From Gemmatimonadota bacterium (GTDB lineage Bacteria; Gemmatimonadota; Gemmatimonadetes; Gemmatimonadales; Gemmatimonadaceae): a stretch of 64,000 nt of DNA. The stretch is taken from the NCBI GenBank assembly GCA_028287285.1, contig JAQBPY010000254.1, positions 1,507 through 65,506 of the forward strand, given 5' to 3'. Under the pieces are notes generated by a model. That model made no database searches, was not told the origin of the DNA, and was given only the letters and a program-made list of their open reading frames with translations. Position 1 is the first letter of the stretch; every line of letters starts with the position of its first letter. The position numbers were made by a program, and so were the translations under genes. This document shows positions 36,207 through 47,247 of this stretch, in pieces.

Positions 36207-36737
36207 TTATTTCATCGCATCGAGCTTCTGCTGTGCTGCCATCATGTGCGCCTGAAAGGCGGGCCCGACCTTCGTAACGAGGTCCTTCACCTCCTGATTG
36301 TGCAGCGCGGGAAGCAGCGTGGTCGTCACCGCGTCCAGGACGGCCTTGTGATAGGCGATCTCGTGCGCGAGAAACGCCCTGTCAAAGTCCTTGCCCGACG
36401 CCGTCTCCAGTTTCTTCACGGCGGCAGCGTGATCCTTCGCCATGGCGAAGTCCTTTGGCGCCGTGGGCGTGACGCCGAGCTTTTTCGCGAGATCGCGGCC
36501 CTGCTGCCGCACCATCGTATGATCGTGTGACAGCATCTTCCCGAACTCGCGGATTTCGGCGGTGGAACCTTTCGTTGCCGCGATATTGCCGGTCTCGATG
36601 TCCCAGGTATTCGCTGCATCGAAGATCGCGACGATGGTGGGATCATCCAGCGTCTGCGAGTGCGCGGGACGCGTGAACATCGCGAGCGCTGCGAGGGCGA
36701 GGACAGCGGTGCGAGCGGTGGACCGGTGAACGAACAT
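36207..36737 (-). CDS. DUF4142 domain secreted protein
   Basis: AGGAG Shine-Dalgarno. Signal MFVHRSTARTAVLALAALAMFTRPAHSQ. Duplicated helical pattern with EIREFGKMLSHDHTMV and FLAHEIAYHKAVLD. Confidence 0.65.
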   Translation of the reverse strand: MFVHRSTARTAVLALAALAMFTRPAHSQTLDDPTIVAIFDAANTWDIETGNIAATKGSTAEIREFGKMLSHDHTMVRQQGRDLAKKLGVTPTAPKDFAMAKDHAAAVKKLETASGKDFDRAFLAHEIAYHKAVLDAVTTTLLPALHNQEVKDLVTKVGPAFQAHMMAAQQKLDAMK

Positions 36738-36784
36738 ATGGGCTCCTGGTGGAATGAGGTGTCCGTGGAACTTGACTCTCGAGG

Positions 36785-36818
36785 AATAATAAGTCAAGTA
36801 AATATTTGACTTATTATT
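36785..36818. promoter_or_regulatory. AT-rich perfect 13-bp inverted repeat (candidate operator) in a divergent promoter region
   Basis: aataataagtcaa-gtaaatat-ttgacttattatt. It lies between the DUF4142 start (36737, minus) and the HTH regulator start (36853, plus), and contains TTGACT. Confidence 0.6.
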
Positions 36819-36852
36819 TCAGGTGCTATCTTTCACCCAGACCGGAGGAGCC

Positions 36853-37497
36853 ATGCGCTGGTGGGAGCAGCAGGTTGGAGGAGCCACGCGCGGGCGCATC
36901 ATTGCGCTCATTCGCCGAGGCATGTCGACGATCGAGGAGCTTGCCGCCGAGCTTGGCGTGACGGACAATGCCGTTCGAGCACAGATACAGACGCTCGAGG
37001 ACGCGGACCTGGTCGCAAGCGTGGGCACTCGGCAGGGCGCGGGGGCGGGTAAGCCAGCCACGCTGTATCAAATCACGCAGACGGGAGAGGCAATGCTTTC
37101 CGCAGCGTACGCGCCAGTCCTCACCTCGTTGCTCGAATCGCTCGCCGATCGCCTCGCACCAGCCGACATCGCGGAGATCCTGCGCGAGACCGGCCGCCGA
37201 CTCGTGCCGGCGGATTCGATCGCGACCGGCTCGATGGAATCACGCGTCCGCACCGCCGCTGCGGTGCTCATTGCACTCGGCGCCGAGATCGACGTCGAGA
37301 AGATCAATGGTGGCTTCAGGTTGCGAGGCTACGCCTGTCCGCTGTCTGCCGCGGTGCGCGCGGAACCCGGGGCCTGCCAGGTCGTCGAGGAGCTGGTGGC
37401 ATCGCTCGTCGGATCACCCGTCAGGGAATGCTGCGATCGAACCCACGGCGCTCGGTGCCGCTTCGAGATTCTTTCGAAGGTCGGCGTTCGCAACTGA
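36853..37497 (+). CDS. ArsR-like winged-helix transcriptional regulator with Cys-rich C-terminal domain
   Basis: GGAGGAG Shine-Dalgarno. RGRIIALIRRGMSTIEELAAELGVTDNAVRAQIQTLEDADLV is the HTH. C-terminal region contains GYACP...GACQ...ECCD...ARC. Confidence 0.6.
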   Translation: MRWWEQQVGGATRGRIIALIRRGMSTIEELAAELGVTDNAVRAQIQTLEDADLVASVGTRQGAGAGKPATLYQITQTGEAMLSAAYAPVLTSLLESLADRLAPADIAEILRETGRRLVPADSIATGSMESRVRTAAAVLIALGAEIDVEKINGGFRLRGYACPLSAAVRAEPGACQVVEELVASLVGSPVRECCDRTHGARCRFEILSKVGVRN

Positions 37498-37503
37498 GTA
37501 TCC

Positions 37504-38562
37504 GTGTACTCCACCTGTCTCTTCTGCCAGAGTGCGCTCGGCCGGAATGAATCCGTCGAGCATTTTCCAATTGGCCGCCGGCTGGCGTTCGACGGCGCGA
37601 AGGGGCGTCTCTGGGTTGTGTGCCGCACGTGTGAGCGATGGAATCTCACGCCGCTCGAGGAGCGGTGGGAAGCCATCGAGGAGTGCGAGAAGTTGTTTCG
37701 CTCCACCAGGCTGCGCGTATCCACCGAGCACATCGGCCTCGCTCGGCTCAGGGAGGGCCTCGAGCTGGTGCGCATCGGCGAGCCGCAGCGGCCGGAGATG
37801 GCCGCGTGGCGTTACGGTGATCAGTTCGGGCGCAGGCGGCGCAGAAACTATGCGCTCGTTGCGGGCGGCGTTGCCGTTGTTGGCGTTGGCGTCGTTGCCG
37901 GTCCGATGATGGGTCTCGTTGGAGCGGGCGCGTTTGGACCAGCGCTCAACATCCTCAGTTTTGCCCGTAGCCTGTATCAGACTCGGACCGTCATTCGTGT
38001 TCCCGATGGTGACGACACCATTCGCGTGCGTCTCGTCGATCTCAAGAAGGCCAAGCTGTACTTCGACCCCGATGGAATCGTGCTCCGGACGCCCGCGTTG
38101 CGTGCCGACAGCACCGTTTGGACTCTCGGCAATGCGACCGGTGAAATTGATCTGATTGGCGAGAAGGCGATCCGCGCGGCCGGGGCGCTGCTTCCGTACC
38201 TGAATCACACTGGCGGTTCGGCGAGCGAAGTCTCGCGCGCTGTTGGATATCTGGAGGAGGCGGGGAATCCGGCGGAACTCTTTCGCCGAGCCGTGATTGC
38301 CATCGAGGAACGCGATGCGGCGAAGTGGGTTCAGGCCGGTAGGACGAACGTTCTGGGCACACTGCCCAAAGCCGGACGCCTGGCGCTCGAGATGGCCGCA
38401 CACGAGGACTCGGAGCGACGGGCGCTCGAAGGTGAGCTGCACGTTCTGAAAACCGCATGGAAGGACGCAGAGGAAATTGCGCGGATTGCTGACGATATGT
38501 TCCTGCCCGAGTCCGTGGACCAGGACCTCGCGCGCTTGAAACGCGAACGCGACAAGACCTGA
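37504..38562 (+). CDS. Hypothetical zinc-ribbon / membrane protein
   Basis: N-terminal CLFC...CRTC (CxxC-x34-CxxC). Central hydrophobic stretch YALVAGGVAVVGVGVVAGPMMGLVGAGAF. Starts 7 nt after the regulator stop. Confidence 0.5.
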   Translation: MYSTCLFCQSALGRNESVEHFPIGRRLAFDGAKGRLWVVCRTCERWNLTPLEERWEAIEECEKLFRSTRLRVSTEHIGLARLREGLELVRIGEPQRPEMAAWRYGDQFGRRRRRNYALVAGGVAVVGVGVVAGPMMGLVGAGAFGPALNILSFARSLYQTRTVIRVPDGDDTIRVRLVDLKKAKLYFDPDGIVLRTPALRADSTVWTLGNATGEIDLIGEKAIRAAGALLPYLNHTGGSASEVSRAVGYLEEAGNPAELFRRAVIAIEERDAAKWVQAGRTNVLGTLPKAGRLALEMAAHEDSERRALEGELHVLKTAWKDAEEIARIADDMFLPESVDQDLARLKRERDKT

Positions 38563-38641
38563 AGCGCACTTCGTACCTTTACGTCATCGCACTACAGGCG
38601 ATATGGTCGTCACTGCACGAGTGTTGGAATACGGGCACCGT

Positions 38642-38758
38642 TGTCATCCCGCACGCGCTATGCGCGTGTCGGGATATTCCGTACAGGTGCTCTGCGCCAG
38701 AATGCCAAAATGAGGGAATGGTATCTCCCGACACTCGCTGCGCTCATGCGGGATGACA
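38642..38758. repeat. BIME-like composite element: inverted pair of family-A REP-like units
   Basis: tgtcatcccgcacgcgctatgcgcgtgtcgggatat, a linker containing tgcgccaga, then atctcccgacactcgctgcgctcatgcgggatgaca. The outer 11 nt are perfect inverted termini (tgtcatcccgc / gcgggatgaca). Confidence 0.8.
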
Positions 38759-38966
38759 GAAGCGTCGTCTATGCGACACGATCATCTATTGCTCGAGGAG
38801 GGCGCCATGGTGGGATACATGGTCACTTGCGCAAAGCTCGAGGTGTTAAGATATCTCTCGCAGGCCGCACGGAGGCGGGCCATGGTGAGCAGACGCGGAC
38901 CGGTACAAACCCGAAGTAGAACGCGAATCGGGCGGAAACGTTGTTTGTTTCCGCCCGATCGAGAGA

Positions 38967-39380
38967 TCAGGGCGCCGTCATCGTCGAATCCCGCTTCGCA
39001 TCCTTCAGCTTCTTGTTCTCGTCGCGATGCACCATCGTCGCCTTGATGCCGCCCAGCTCGTGGTTCTTCACCACCTCACCACTCATGGCATCCACCGCCA
39101 CTTCCGTAGCGCGCTTGCCCTTGGTCAAGAGCTTGACGTTGTACACGAGCCGCTTGTCCATCATGTTCAGCTCAGCGGAGCTCACTTCACCCCCGGGGGC
39201 CGCCACGCGTGCGAGGGCCATCGCCGAATCGCCGCTGACCTTCACGGAGTGCGCAAGGGTCTTGCTGACCTTGATGTCGACCTTGGCGGCCTGCGTGCTC
39301 TGCGGCTTCGCCATGTCCTGCGCGGCGGCGGGTACGGAAAGCACCCCGGCGAGCGCGAGTGTCAGAAGTTGGATTTTCAT
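38967..39380 (-). CDS. PepSY domain secreted protein
   Basis: GGAG Shine-Dalgarno. Signal MKIQLLTLALAGVLSVPAAAQ. PGGEVSSAELNMMDKRLVYNVKLLTKGKRATEVAVDAMSGEVV is PepSY-like. Confidence 0.6.
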   Translation of the reverse strand: MKIQLLTLALAGVLSVPAAAQDMAKPQSTQAAKVDIKVSKTLAHSVKVSGDSAMALARVAAPGGEVSSAELNMMDKRLVYNVKLLTKGKRATEVAVDAMSGEVVKNHELGGIKATMVHRDENKKLKDAKRDSTMTAP

Positions 39381-39554
39381 GTGAATTCTCCAGTCGGTAA
39401 ATGAGGACGTCCAGCACCCAGCACGGCCTACACGTGCACAATGCGTGCTTGCCCACCACCCCCAGCGAGCTCGGCCCGGCACCGCGAGGAACCATTCGTC
39501 GCCGGAATTAGTTTACAGGTAACGGTCACCCCATAAACGAGGAGCACGAGGACG

Positions 39555-40061
39555 ATGAGCACGCCGACCACAGCAAACACCGAAGTCGCCGTCATTGCCG
39601 GTGGCTGCTTCTGGGGGGTGGAGGACATCCTCCGCACGGTGCCCGGTGTGATCGATACGGACGTGGGATACACGGGAGGCTGGCTCGAGAATCCCACCTA
39701 CCACGACACGCACGAGAGCAAGTCGGGGCACGCCGAGGCCATTCGGATCACGTTCGATCCAACCGTCCTGTCATTCGAGACGCTGCTCGAGAAGTGGTTC
39801 TTCAAGCTGCACGACCCCACCACGCTCAATCGTCAGGGCAACGACATCGGCACGCAGTATCGCTCGGCAATTTTTCCGCAGTCACCGGAACAGAAGGCCA
39901 TCGCGGAGCAGGTCATCGCCCGCGTGAATGCCTCGGGCTTCTGGAAAAAACCCATTACCACCACCATCGAGGCTGCGGCACCGTGGTACAGCGCGGAGGG
40001 CTATCATCAGGATTACCTGAAGAAGAATCCGGGCGGCTACACCTGCCACTTCATGCGCTGA
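39555..40061 (+). CDS. msrA: Peptide methionine-S-sulfoxide reductase MsrA
   Basis: AGGCFWGVE active-site motif, GYTGG, HAEAIRITFDP, YHQDYL. Confidence 0.9.
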   Translation: MSTPTTANTEVAVIAGGCFWGVEDILRTVPGVIDTDVGYTGGWLENPTYHDTHESKSGHAEAIRITFDPTVLSFETLLEKWFFKLHDPTTLNRQGNDIGTQYRSAIFPQSPEQKAIAEQVIARVNASGFWKKPITTTIEAAAPWYSAEGYHQDYLKKNPGGYTCHFMR

Positions 40062-40062
40062 C

Positions 40063-41322
40063 TCAGGGCGACGCCGGCCGTTCGGGAGCGAGCGTGAGGT
40101 CAACGATGAGGGGCAGATGATCGGAGCCGACGTCATCGCCGAGCGTGACGCGGTCGGCATACCAGCCAGGTCCGCTCAGCACATGGTCGATGCGGGCGCG
40201 GATCCAGCCATTGCGCTTCGTCATGCCGAGCCCGTAGCCAACGCGCGAGAAGGCATCGGTCATGTCACCCCACGCGGTGCGAAAGATCTGGCTCTCTACG
40301 GGGGTGTTGAAGTCGCCGACCACGAGTGTGGGAGCCTTGCCCACGTTGACCCACTGCCGCGCGAGCTGCGCTTCGATCGCGCGCAGCTCCGTGTTCTGCT
40401 GCAGCCGCTCCGACTGCAGCCAGCCGCCCAGCAGGTCTTCCAGGCCCTTGCGCGGCGTCTCGAGATGCAGGTTGGTAAGGTTGATCGGACCGCGCGGCGT
40501 CTGCAGCGTATAGCGCACAACGTAGCCCGCACCGCCAATGCCTTCTTCGGTGTCGCCGTGAATGCGCTCGAGCGTGCGCCGGTTCATCACACTCGAATCC
40601 GTGATGGGAAAATGGCTCACGAGACATTGGTCGTTAGCGGAGTGGGTGTACCATCCCTTGAGCTCCTTCAGCTCTGACCGCAGTGCCTCGCCGCACTCCT
40701 GTAAAGCGAGGACGTCGGGCTTCCAGCGCTCGAGGTATTCGGAAAGGAGCACCCAGTTCCTGTCGCCGCCCTCGATATTGAGCGTGACGATGCGAACGTG
40801 CATCCCCGCCGGATGTGAAAGCATGCGCTGCCATCCCGCACGGAATCCCATGATGGGCCCAACGGTGATGAGCGCCGCGCCCAGGAGGGGGATGAGTGAT
40901 TTCCTGTGCAGGAACAGCGCAGCCACGGCGAGGATTCCGCCCGGCACGAGAAAGATCCAGCGGCCGATGAACAGCAGCACGGTGCCGACCCACCATGTGT
41001 CGCCGTAGGTCCACATGACGGCACACACCACGCAGACGGCGATGAAGTACAACCATGCGAGCCGCGCGACGAGGATAGCCCGGCTGGGCGCAAGGAGGTA
41101 ACGCCAATGGACTCGCGCGATGGATCGGCCGATGCCCTTGAACAGCAAGCCCACATTATGCAACGTCCAGACGCCTTGTGTCGTGGGCGCGGGCGCGGGG
41201 CGTGTCTCCAAGGGCACGCGCATGACGACGCCACACTGCCGGCACTTGATCTTCACGCCCCGGTGCTGATCGGGCACGGACATCGTTTTGCCGCACGTGC
41301 ACCGGAGAGTGAGGTTCGCCAT
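40063..41322 (-). CDS. Membrane-anchored endonuclease/exonuclease/phosphatase (EEP) family protein with N-terminal zinc ribbon
   Basis: CTCG...CRQCG zinc ribbon, four to five TMs, then EEP motifs (VTLNIEGG, LALQEC, IDHVL, SDHLPL). Confidence 0.7.
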   Translation of the reverse strand: MANLTLRCTCGKTMSVPDQHRGVKIKCRQCGVVMRVPLETRPAPAPTTQGVWTLHNVGLLFKGIGRSIARVHWRYLLAPSRAILVARLAWLYFIAVCVVCAVMWTYGDTWWVGTVLLFIGRWIFLVPGGILAVAALFLHRKSLIPLLGAALITVGPIMGFRAGWQRMLSHPAGMHVRIVTLNIEGGDRNWVLLSEYLERWKPDVLALQECGEALRSELKELKGWYTHSANDQCLVSHFPITDSSVMNRRTLERIHGDTEEGIGGAGYVVRYTLQTPRGPINLTNLHLETPRKGLEDLLGGWLQSERLQQNTELRAIEAQLARQWVNVGKAPTLVVGDFNTPVESQIFRTAWGDMTDAFSRVGYGLGMTKRNGWIRARIDHVLSGPGWYADRVTLGDDVGSDHLPLIVDLTLAPERPASP

Positions 41323-41359
41323 CCGGCAAAGCTACGGTGCCGTCGGAGAAATCACACCG

Positions 41360-42115
41360 TCAGAGTGCTGGCCGTGGCAGCATTTCTCCCGTGAGAAACT
41401 GACGTCGATGAAAAGCAAAGGCTTCTGCCTTGAAGTAGTCCCGCTTCGCCAGCTCCACTCTGTCCCGCGTCGCCGTGCAGTACCACGTCTCGAAGCCATG
41501 CGGTTTCGCGCCGCCAAAGACATTCACCGAAAACGCGCCCACATTCACGCCATCCTCAGCATCGCGCGCGGATGGATATCGAAACAGCTCCACGCCTGCC
41601 TCACGCATGGCCGTGCCGAGTGCCTGCGTGGGTCCGTACTTCGACGGCGACGTGATCGCACGCCGATGGACGTCGAACGGCGGAGCCACGAGATCCACAC
41701 CCCGCGCCGAGCGCATGCGAACCGTGAATGCCGTGAGCGGCGTGATGACCGCGCCCAGCTCCGCGCTCGTTCCCTCGAGAAACAGCAGCCGGTAATAGGC
41801 CAGCTCCGCGAATGCGGTACGCAACGTCTCCGAGCCGTACCAGATGCCGCGCTCCTGCCGGCTGCCGAAGCGCGAGCCGTGGCGGAGCGGCGGATATCGA
41901 AATGGCGTGAAGAGCAGGTAGTGCGTGCGGCCGCCGGTGGTGTCGGGCGGCTTGGCGCGGTCGATCAGCTCCTCGAGCAGCGCCTGCTCCTGGGCCGAGT
42001 CGACGAGCTTGCGCGTGGAGACCTGATGCTGTGCCTCCACCACTCGCCAGGGCGAGAGACGAAGGGCGCGGAGCTCAGAGTCGTCCGCGCATCGCGTCCA
42101 GATACTGGACGACAT
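41360..42115 (-). CDS. RES domain toxin (type II TA; MbcT/ParT-like NAD+-targeting family)
   Basis: GSRFGSRQERGIWYGSETLRTAFAELAYY and FRYPSARD give the R/E/S pattern. Start ATG 42115 overlaps the antitoxin 3' end by 41 nt, so the start is uncertain. Confidence 0.7.
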   Translation of the reverse strand: MSSSIWTRCADDSELRALRLSPWRVVEAQHQVSTRKLVDSAQEQALLEELIDRAKPPDTTGGRTHYLLFTPFRYPPLRHGSRFGSRQERGIWYGSETLRTAFAELAYYRLLFLEGTSAELGAVITPLTAFTVRMRSARGVDLVAPPFDVHRRAITSPSKYGPTQALGTAMREAGVELFRYPSARDAEDGVNVGAFSVNVFGGAKPHGFETWYCTATRDRVELAKRDYFKAEAFAFHRRQFLTGEMLPRPAL

Positions 42116-42458
42116 CAACCAGTCCTTCGACAGTGCGAATTCGCTCGGCGGGCACTCCGCCAAGGTGTGCATTCTCCGCGTGCAGCCATGCACGCGCCTT
42201 GCCGTCGTCGCCACCCACCAGCGCATCGAGCGCGCGGTAGAGACGGAGGAACATGAGTGCGAGCTCGCCTTCTTTTGTATCCGGGTCGAGCCCGCGCGCA
42301 CTTTGCAACCGGGAAACGGAGGCTTCGCTGGAGCCGATGATGGCCGCGAGGTGCCGGTGGCGGAGCTCGAGGCGTTCCGCCGCGGCAAGCGTGGCCCGGG
42401 CAAGCACCTGGGCCGGCTCGGGCCGTGGTGCGGTGCGGAGTCGCGTGGGGGCTGTCAT
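42075..42458 (-). CDS. Xre-type antitoxin with DUF2384 toxin-binding domain (MbcA/ParS-like)
   Basis: ARAWLHAENAHLGGVPAERIRTVEGLVDVVQYLDAMRG is the typical DUF2384 C-terminus. ATG 42458 (the track start 42461 is TTG). Confidence 0.7.
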   Translation of the reverse strand: MTAPTRLRTAPRPEPAQVLARATLAAAERLELRHRHLAAIIGSSEASVSRLQSARGLDPDTKEGELALMFLRLYRALDALVGGDDGKARAWLHAENAHLGGVPAERIRTVEGLVDVVQYLDAMRGRL

Positions 42459-42463
42459 CAAAT

Positions 42464-42491
42464 GAAAGTTAATAGATAAATACTTTCATGT
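42464..42491. promoter_or_regulatory. AT-rich 8-bp inverted repeat overlapping a promoter-like TTGCAC/TATTAA, directly upstream of the antitoxin
   Basis: atgaaagt-N12-actttcat. The minus strand reads TTGCAC-15 nt-TATTAA-10 nt-ATG. Candidate autoregulatory operator, possibly giving a leaderless mRNA. Confidence 0.4.
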
Positions 42492-42497
42492 GCAAGA

Positions 42498-42995
42498 TCA
42501 CCCTTCGAAGGCTTTCTCGAGCGTTTCAATGTCGAGCTTCTTCATCTTCAGCATCGCGGTCATGGCACGCGCGGCGCCGTCGGAGCTCGCGTCCCTGAAG
42601 AGGTCGGGCAGCATGGATGGAACGATCTGCCACGAGAGACCGTACTTGTCCTTGAGCCAGCCGCACTGCTGGGCCCTGGGGTCCCCGCCCGACGACAGCC
42701 TGTCCCAGTAGTAGTCGATTTCGTGCTGTTCCTCGCAGTTCACCTGAAAGGATATTGCCTCCGTGAACTTGAACTGCGGCCCGCCGTTCACGGCTGTGAA
42801 CTCGTGGCCGTCCAGCTCGAACAGGACGCTCATCACCGAGCCAGCCGGCCGGCGATGCGTCTCGAAGCCGGCCTTGCCGTAATAGTTGATGGTGACGATC
42901 CGCGAGTTCTTGAAGATACCGGTATAGAACTGCGCGGCTTGCTCGGCCTGGCTATCGAACCACAGCGATGGGGTGAGCCGCTGGAGAGTGCTCAT
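42498..42995 (-). CDS. VOC-fold protein (PhnB/3-demethylubiquinone methyltransferase-domain family)
   Basis: LTPSLWFDSQAEQAAQFYTGIF, NGGPQFKFTEAISF, CGWLKDKYGLSWQIVP. Confidence 0.75.
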   Translation of the reverse strand: MSTLQRLTPSLWFDSQAEQAAQFYTGIFKNSRIVTINYYGKAGFETHRRPAGSVMSVLFELDGHEFTAVNGGPQFKFTEAISFQVNCEEQHEIDYYWDRLSSGGDPRAQQCGWLKDKYGLSWQIVPSMLPDLFRDASSDGAARAMTAMLKMKKLDIETLEKAFEG

Positions 42996-43136
42996 GTCAG
43001 AGCTCCGGTGAGTCGCGAAGAGTGTCGGTGAGCCGTCGACACCAAGGAATATCCGTACCATAGACTCGCTGGGGCAGGCGAGCACAAGTATTCCGGCGAA
43101 ATGAGTCTGAGGGCGTTCTCTCGTGTTGTCAGCCCG

Positions 43137-45606
<2,470 letters not shown>

Positions 45607-45614
<8 letters not shown>

Positions 45615-46149
45615 TCGCGAGCTCCCTCCGCAGCCAGGCGCGAGATGCGCTCCATTCCCGCTTGACCGTGGCCGGCGAGATGTCGAGCACCGCCGCCGTT
45701 TCCTCGACGCCAAGACCCGCAAAGAAACGCAGCTCGACGATCTGCCCGGCACGCGGGTCCATGGCCGTCAGTCGCTGCAGCGCTTCATCGAGGGCAATGA
45801 CGTCGAGCTCCGTTTCCGGAACATCGCTCGCGAGCGACTCCTCGAGGGTGATGCAGACCTGATCGCCTCCCCGTTTTGCGGCACGCCGGGCCAACGCGTG
45901 ATTCACGAGAATGCGCCGCATCATCTCGGCGGCAAGGCCAAAGAAACGCCCACGATCTGCCGGCGGAACATCCTGGGCCGCCAGCCGCAGGTAGGCCTCG
46001 TGGACGAGCGCCGTCGGGCTGAGCGTATGACCTTCGCGCTCGTGCCACAGAAAGCGCTCGGCAAGCTCGTGCAGCTCCGAGTAGACCCGCGGAAAGAGCA
46101 CATCCAGCGACGTCTTGCCTTCTCCCGGACCGTCCTGTCTGGCGCTCAC
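45607..46149 (-). CDS. ECF sigma factor of the kinase-associated type (TIGR02999/ECF43-like)
   Basis: HTLSPTALVHEAYLRL, FFGLAAEMMRRILVNHALARRAAKRGGD, region 4 ELRFFAGLGVEETAAVLDISPATVKREW. Confidence 0.8.
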
Positions 46150-46378
46150 GATCAGATAACGGACCTGGAAAAGCGCCGCTTCGCCATGGCCGGCGCGTCA
46201 CTTGGTCCGGCAGCGCGGACAACAGGCGGTTGCATCACGTGAGTCGCAGTCTCTGGAAACGGTGGGGCGTTCCTGAATCTAAACCTGCCACGCACGCCCT
46301 CGCGCCAACCCCGCAGACCTGCCAACTTACTGCTGAGCACGAACACATCTGCTCCGTACTTTGAATCAGAGGCACCAC

Positions 46379-46813
46379 ATGACCGAAAACTCACAGAGCT
46401 CCGACGGCGCCGTCACGCGCGCCGCGCCCGAATCGTTCCGTGCCCGCGCCCTGGCGGCGTCGTTCACGGTAAACGATCTCGAAAAAAGCCTGGCGTGGTA
46501 TTGCGACGTCGTCTGCTTCATCATCGACCAGAAACATGAACGAGAAGGGAAACTGGTCGCCGTCTCCCTCAAGGCCGGTGACATCAGACTCCTGCTCGGC
46601 CGGGACAATGGCGCCAAGGGGTGGGAGCGCGTGAAAGGCCAGGGGATGTCACTCCAGTTCTCTACCGCTCAGGATATCGATGCGCTCGCGGCGGGGATCA
46701 CGGAGCGGGGCGGCACGCTGGATGCTGAGCCCGCGGACATGCCGTGGGGGACACGTGTCTTTCGCCTGAAGGACCCCGATGGCTTTACACTGGTCATCTC
46801 GTCAATGGCCTGA
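46379..46813 (+). CDS. Glyoxalase/bleomycin-resistance (VOC) family protein
   Basis: FTVNDLEKSLAWYCDVVCF ... FRLKDPDGFTLVISS. ATG 46379 with GAGG upstream. Confidence 0.65.
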   Translation: MTENSQSSDGAVTRAAPESFRARALAASFTVNDLEKSLAWYCDVVCFIIDQKHEREGKLVAVSLKAGDIRLLLGRDNGAKGWERVKGQGMSLQFSTAQDIDALAAGITERGGTLDAEPADMPWGTRVFRLKDPDGFTLVISSMA

Positions 46814-47247
46814 GCGCTCGGCCAAATCGCTCGCGTGCGACGGATGCCACGAGCGTTGCGGCGCCGTCCCATCCAAGCCCCGTATTGACACACAGATGGT
46901 AGTTCGCAGGATCGGTCCAGTCCCGTGACCAATGGCGATGAATGAACTGCGCTCGCCGTTCATTCATCGCCTGCACGGAGCCGCTCCTCGCTGGGCGGCG
47001 TCGCCGCATCACCCACCAATGGCATGACCTCGGGTGCGCTCAGCGAGATCGCCGAGGCCAGGCGTTCCGCGAGCGACGGCACACGTTCTTCGCGCGATGA
47101 CACCTCGGCCACCGTCAGCCCGAGGCGTGCTGCTACTTCGTCGACCAGCGCATTGTCATAGAGTGTCCAACCGAGCGCCGATGCGACTTGCTCCGCGACT
47201 TCCGACCCTCCGGAGCCGAACTGGCGCGTGATGGTGACGATGGGCAT
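46794..47247 (-). pseudogene. Cytidylate-kinase-like family gene, frameshifted and apparently internally shortened
   Basis: N-terminal part MPIVTITRQFGSGGSEVAEQVASALGW (47247..46960) and C-terminal part ERRAQFIHRHWSRDWTDPANYHLCVNTGL (47012..46794) are in different frames. The central segment expected for this family is not seen. Confidence 0.45.
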
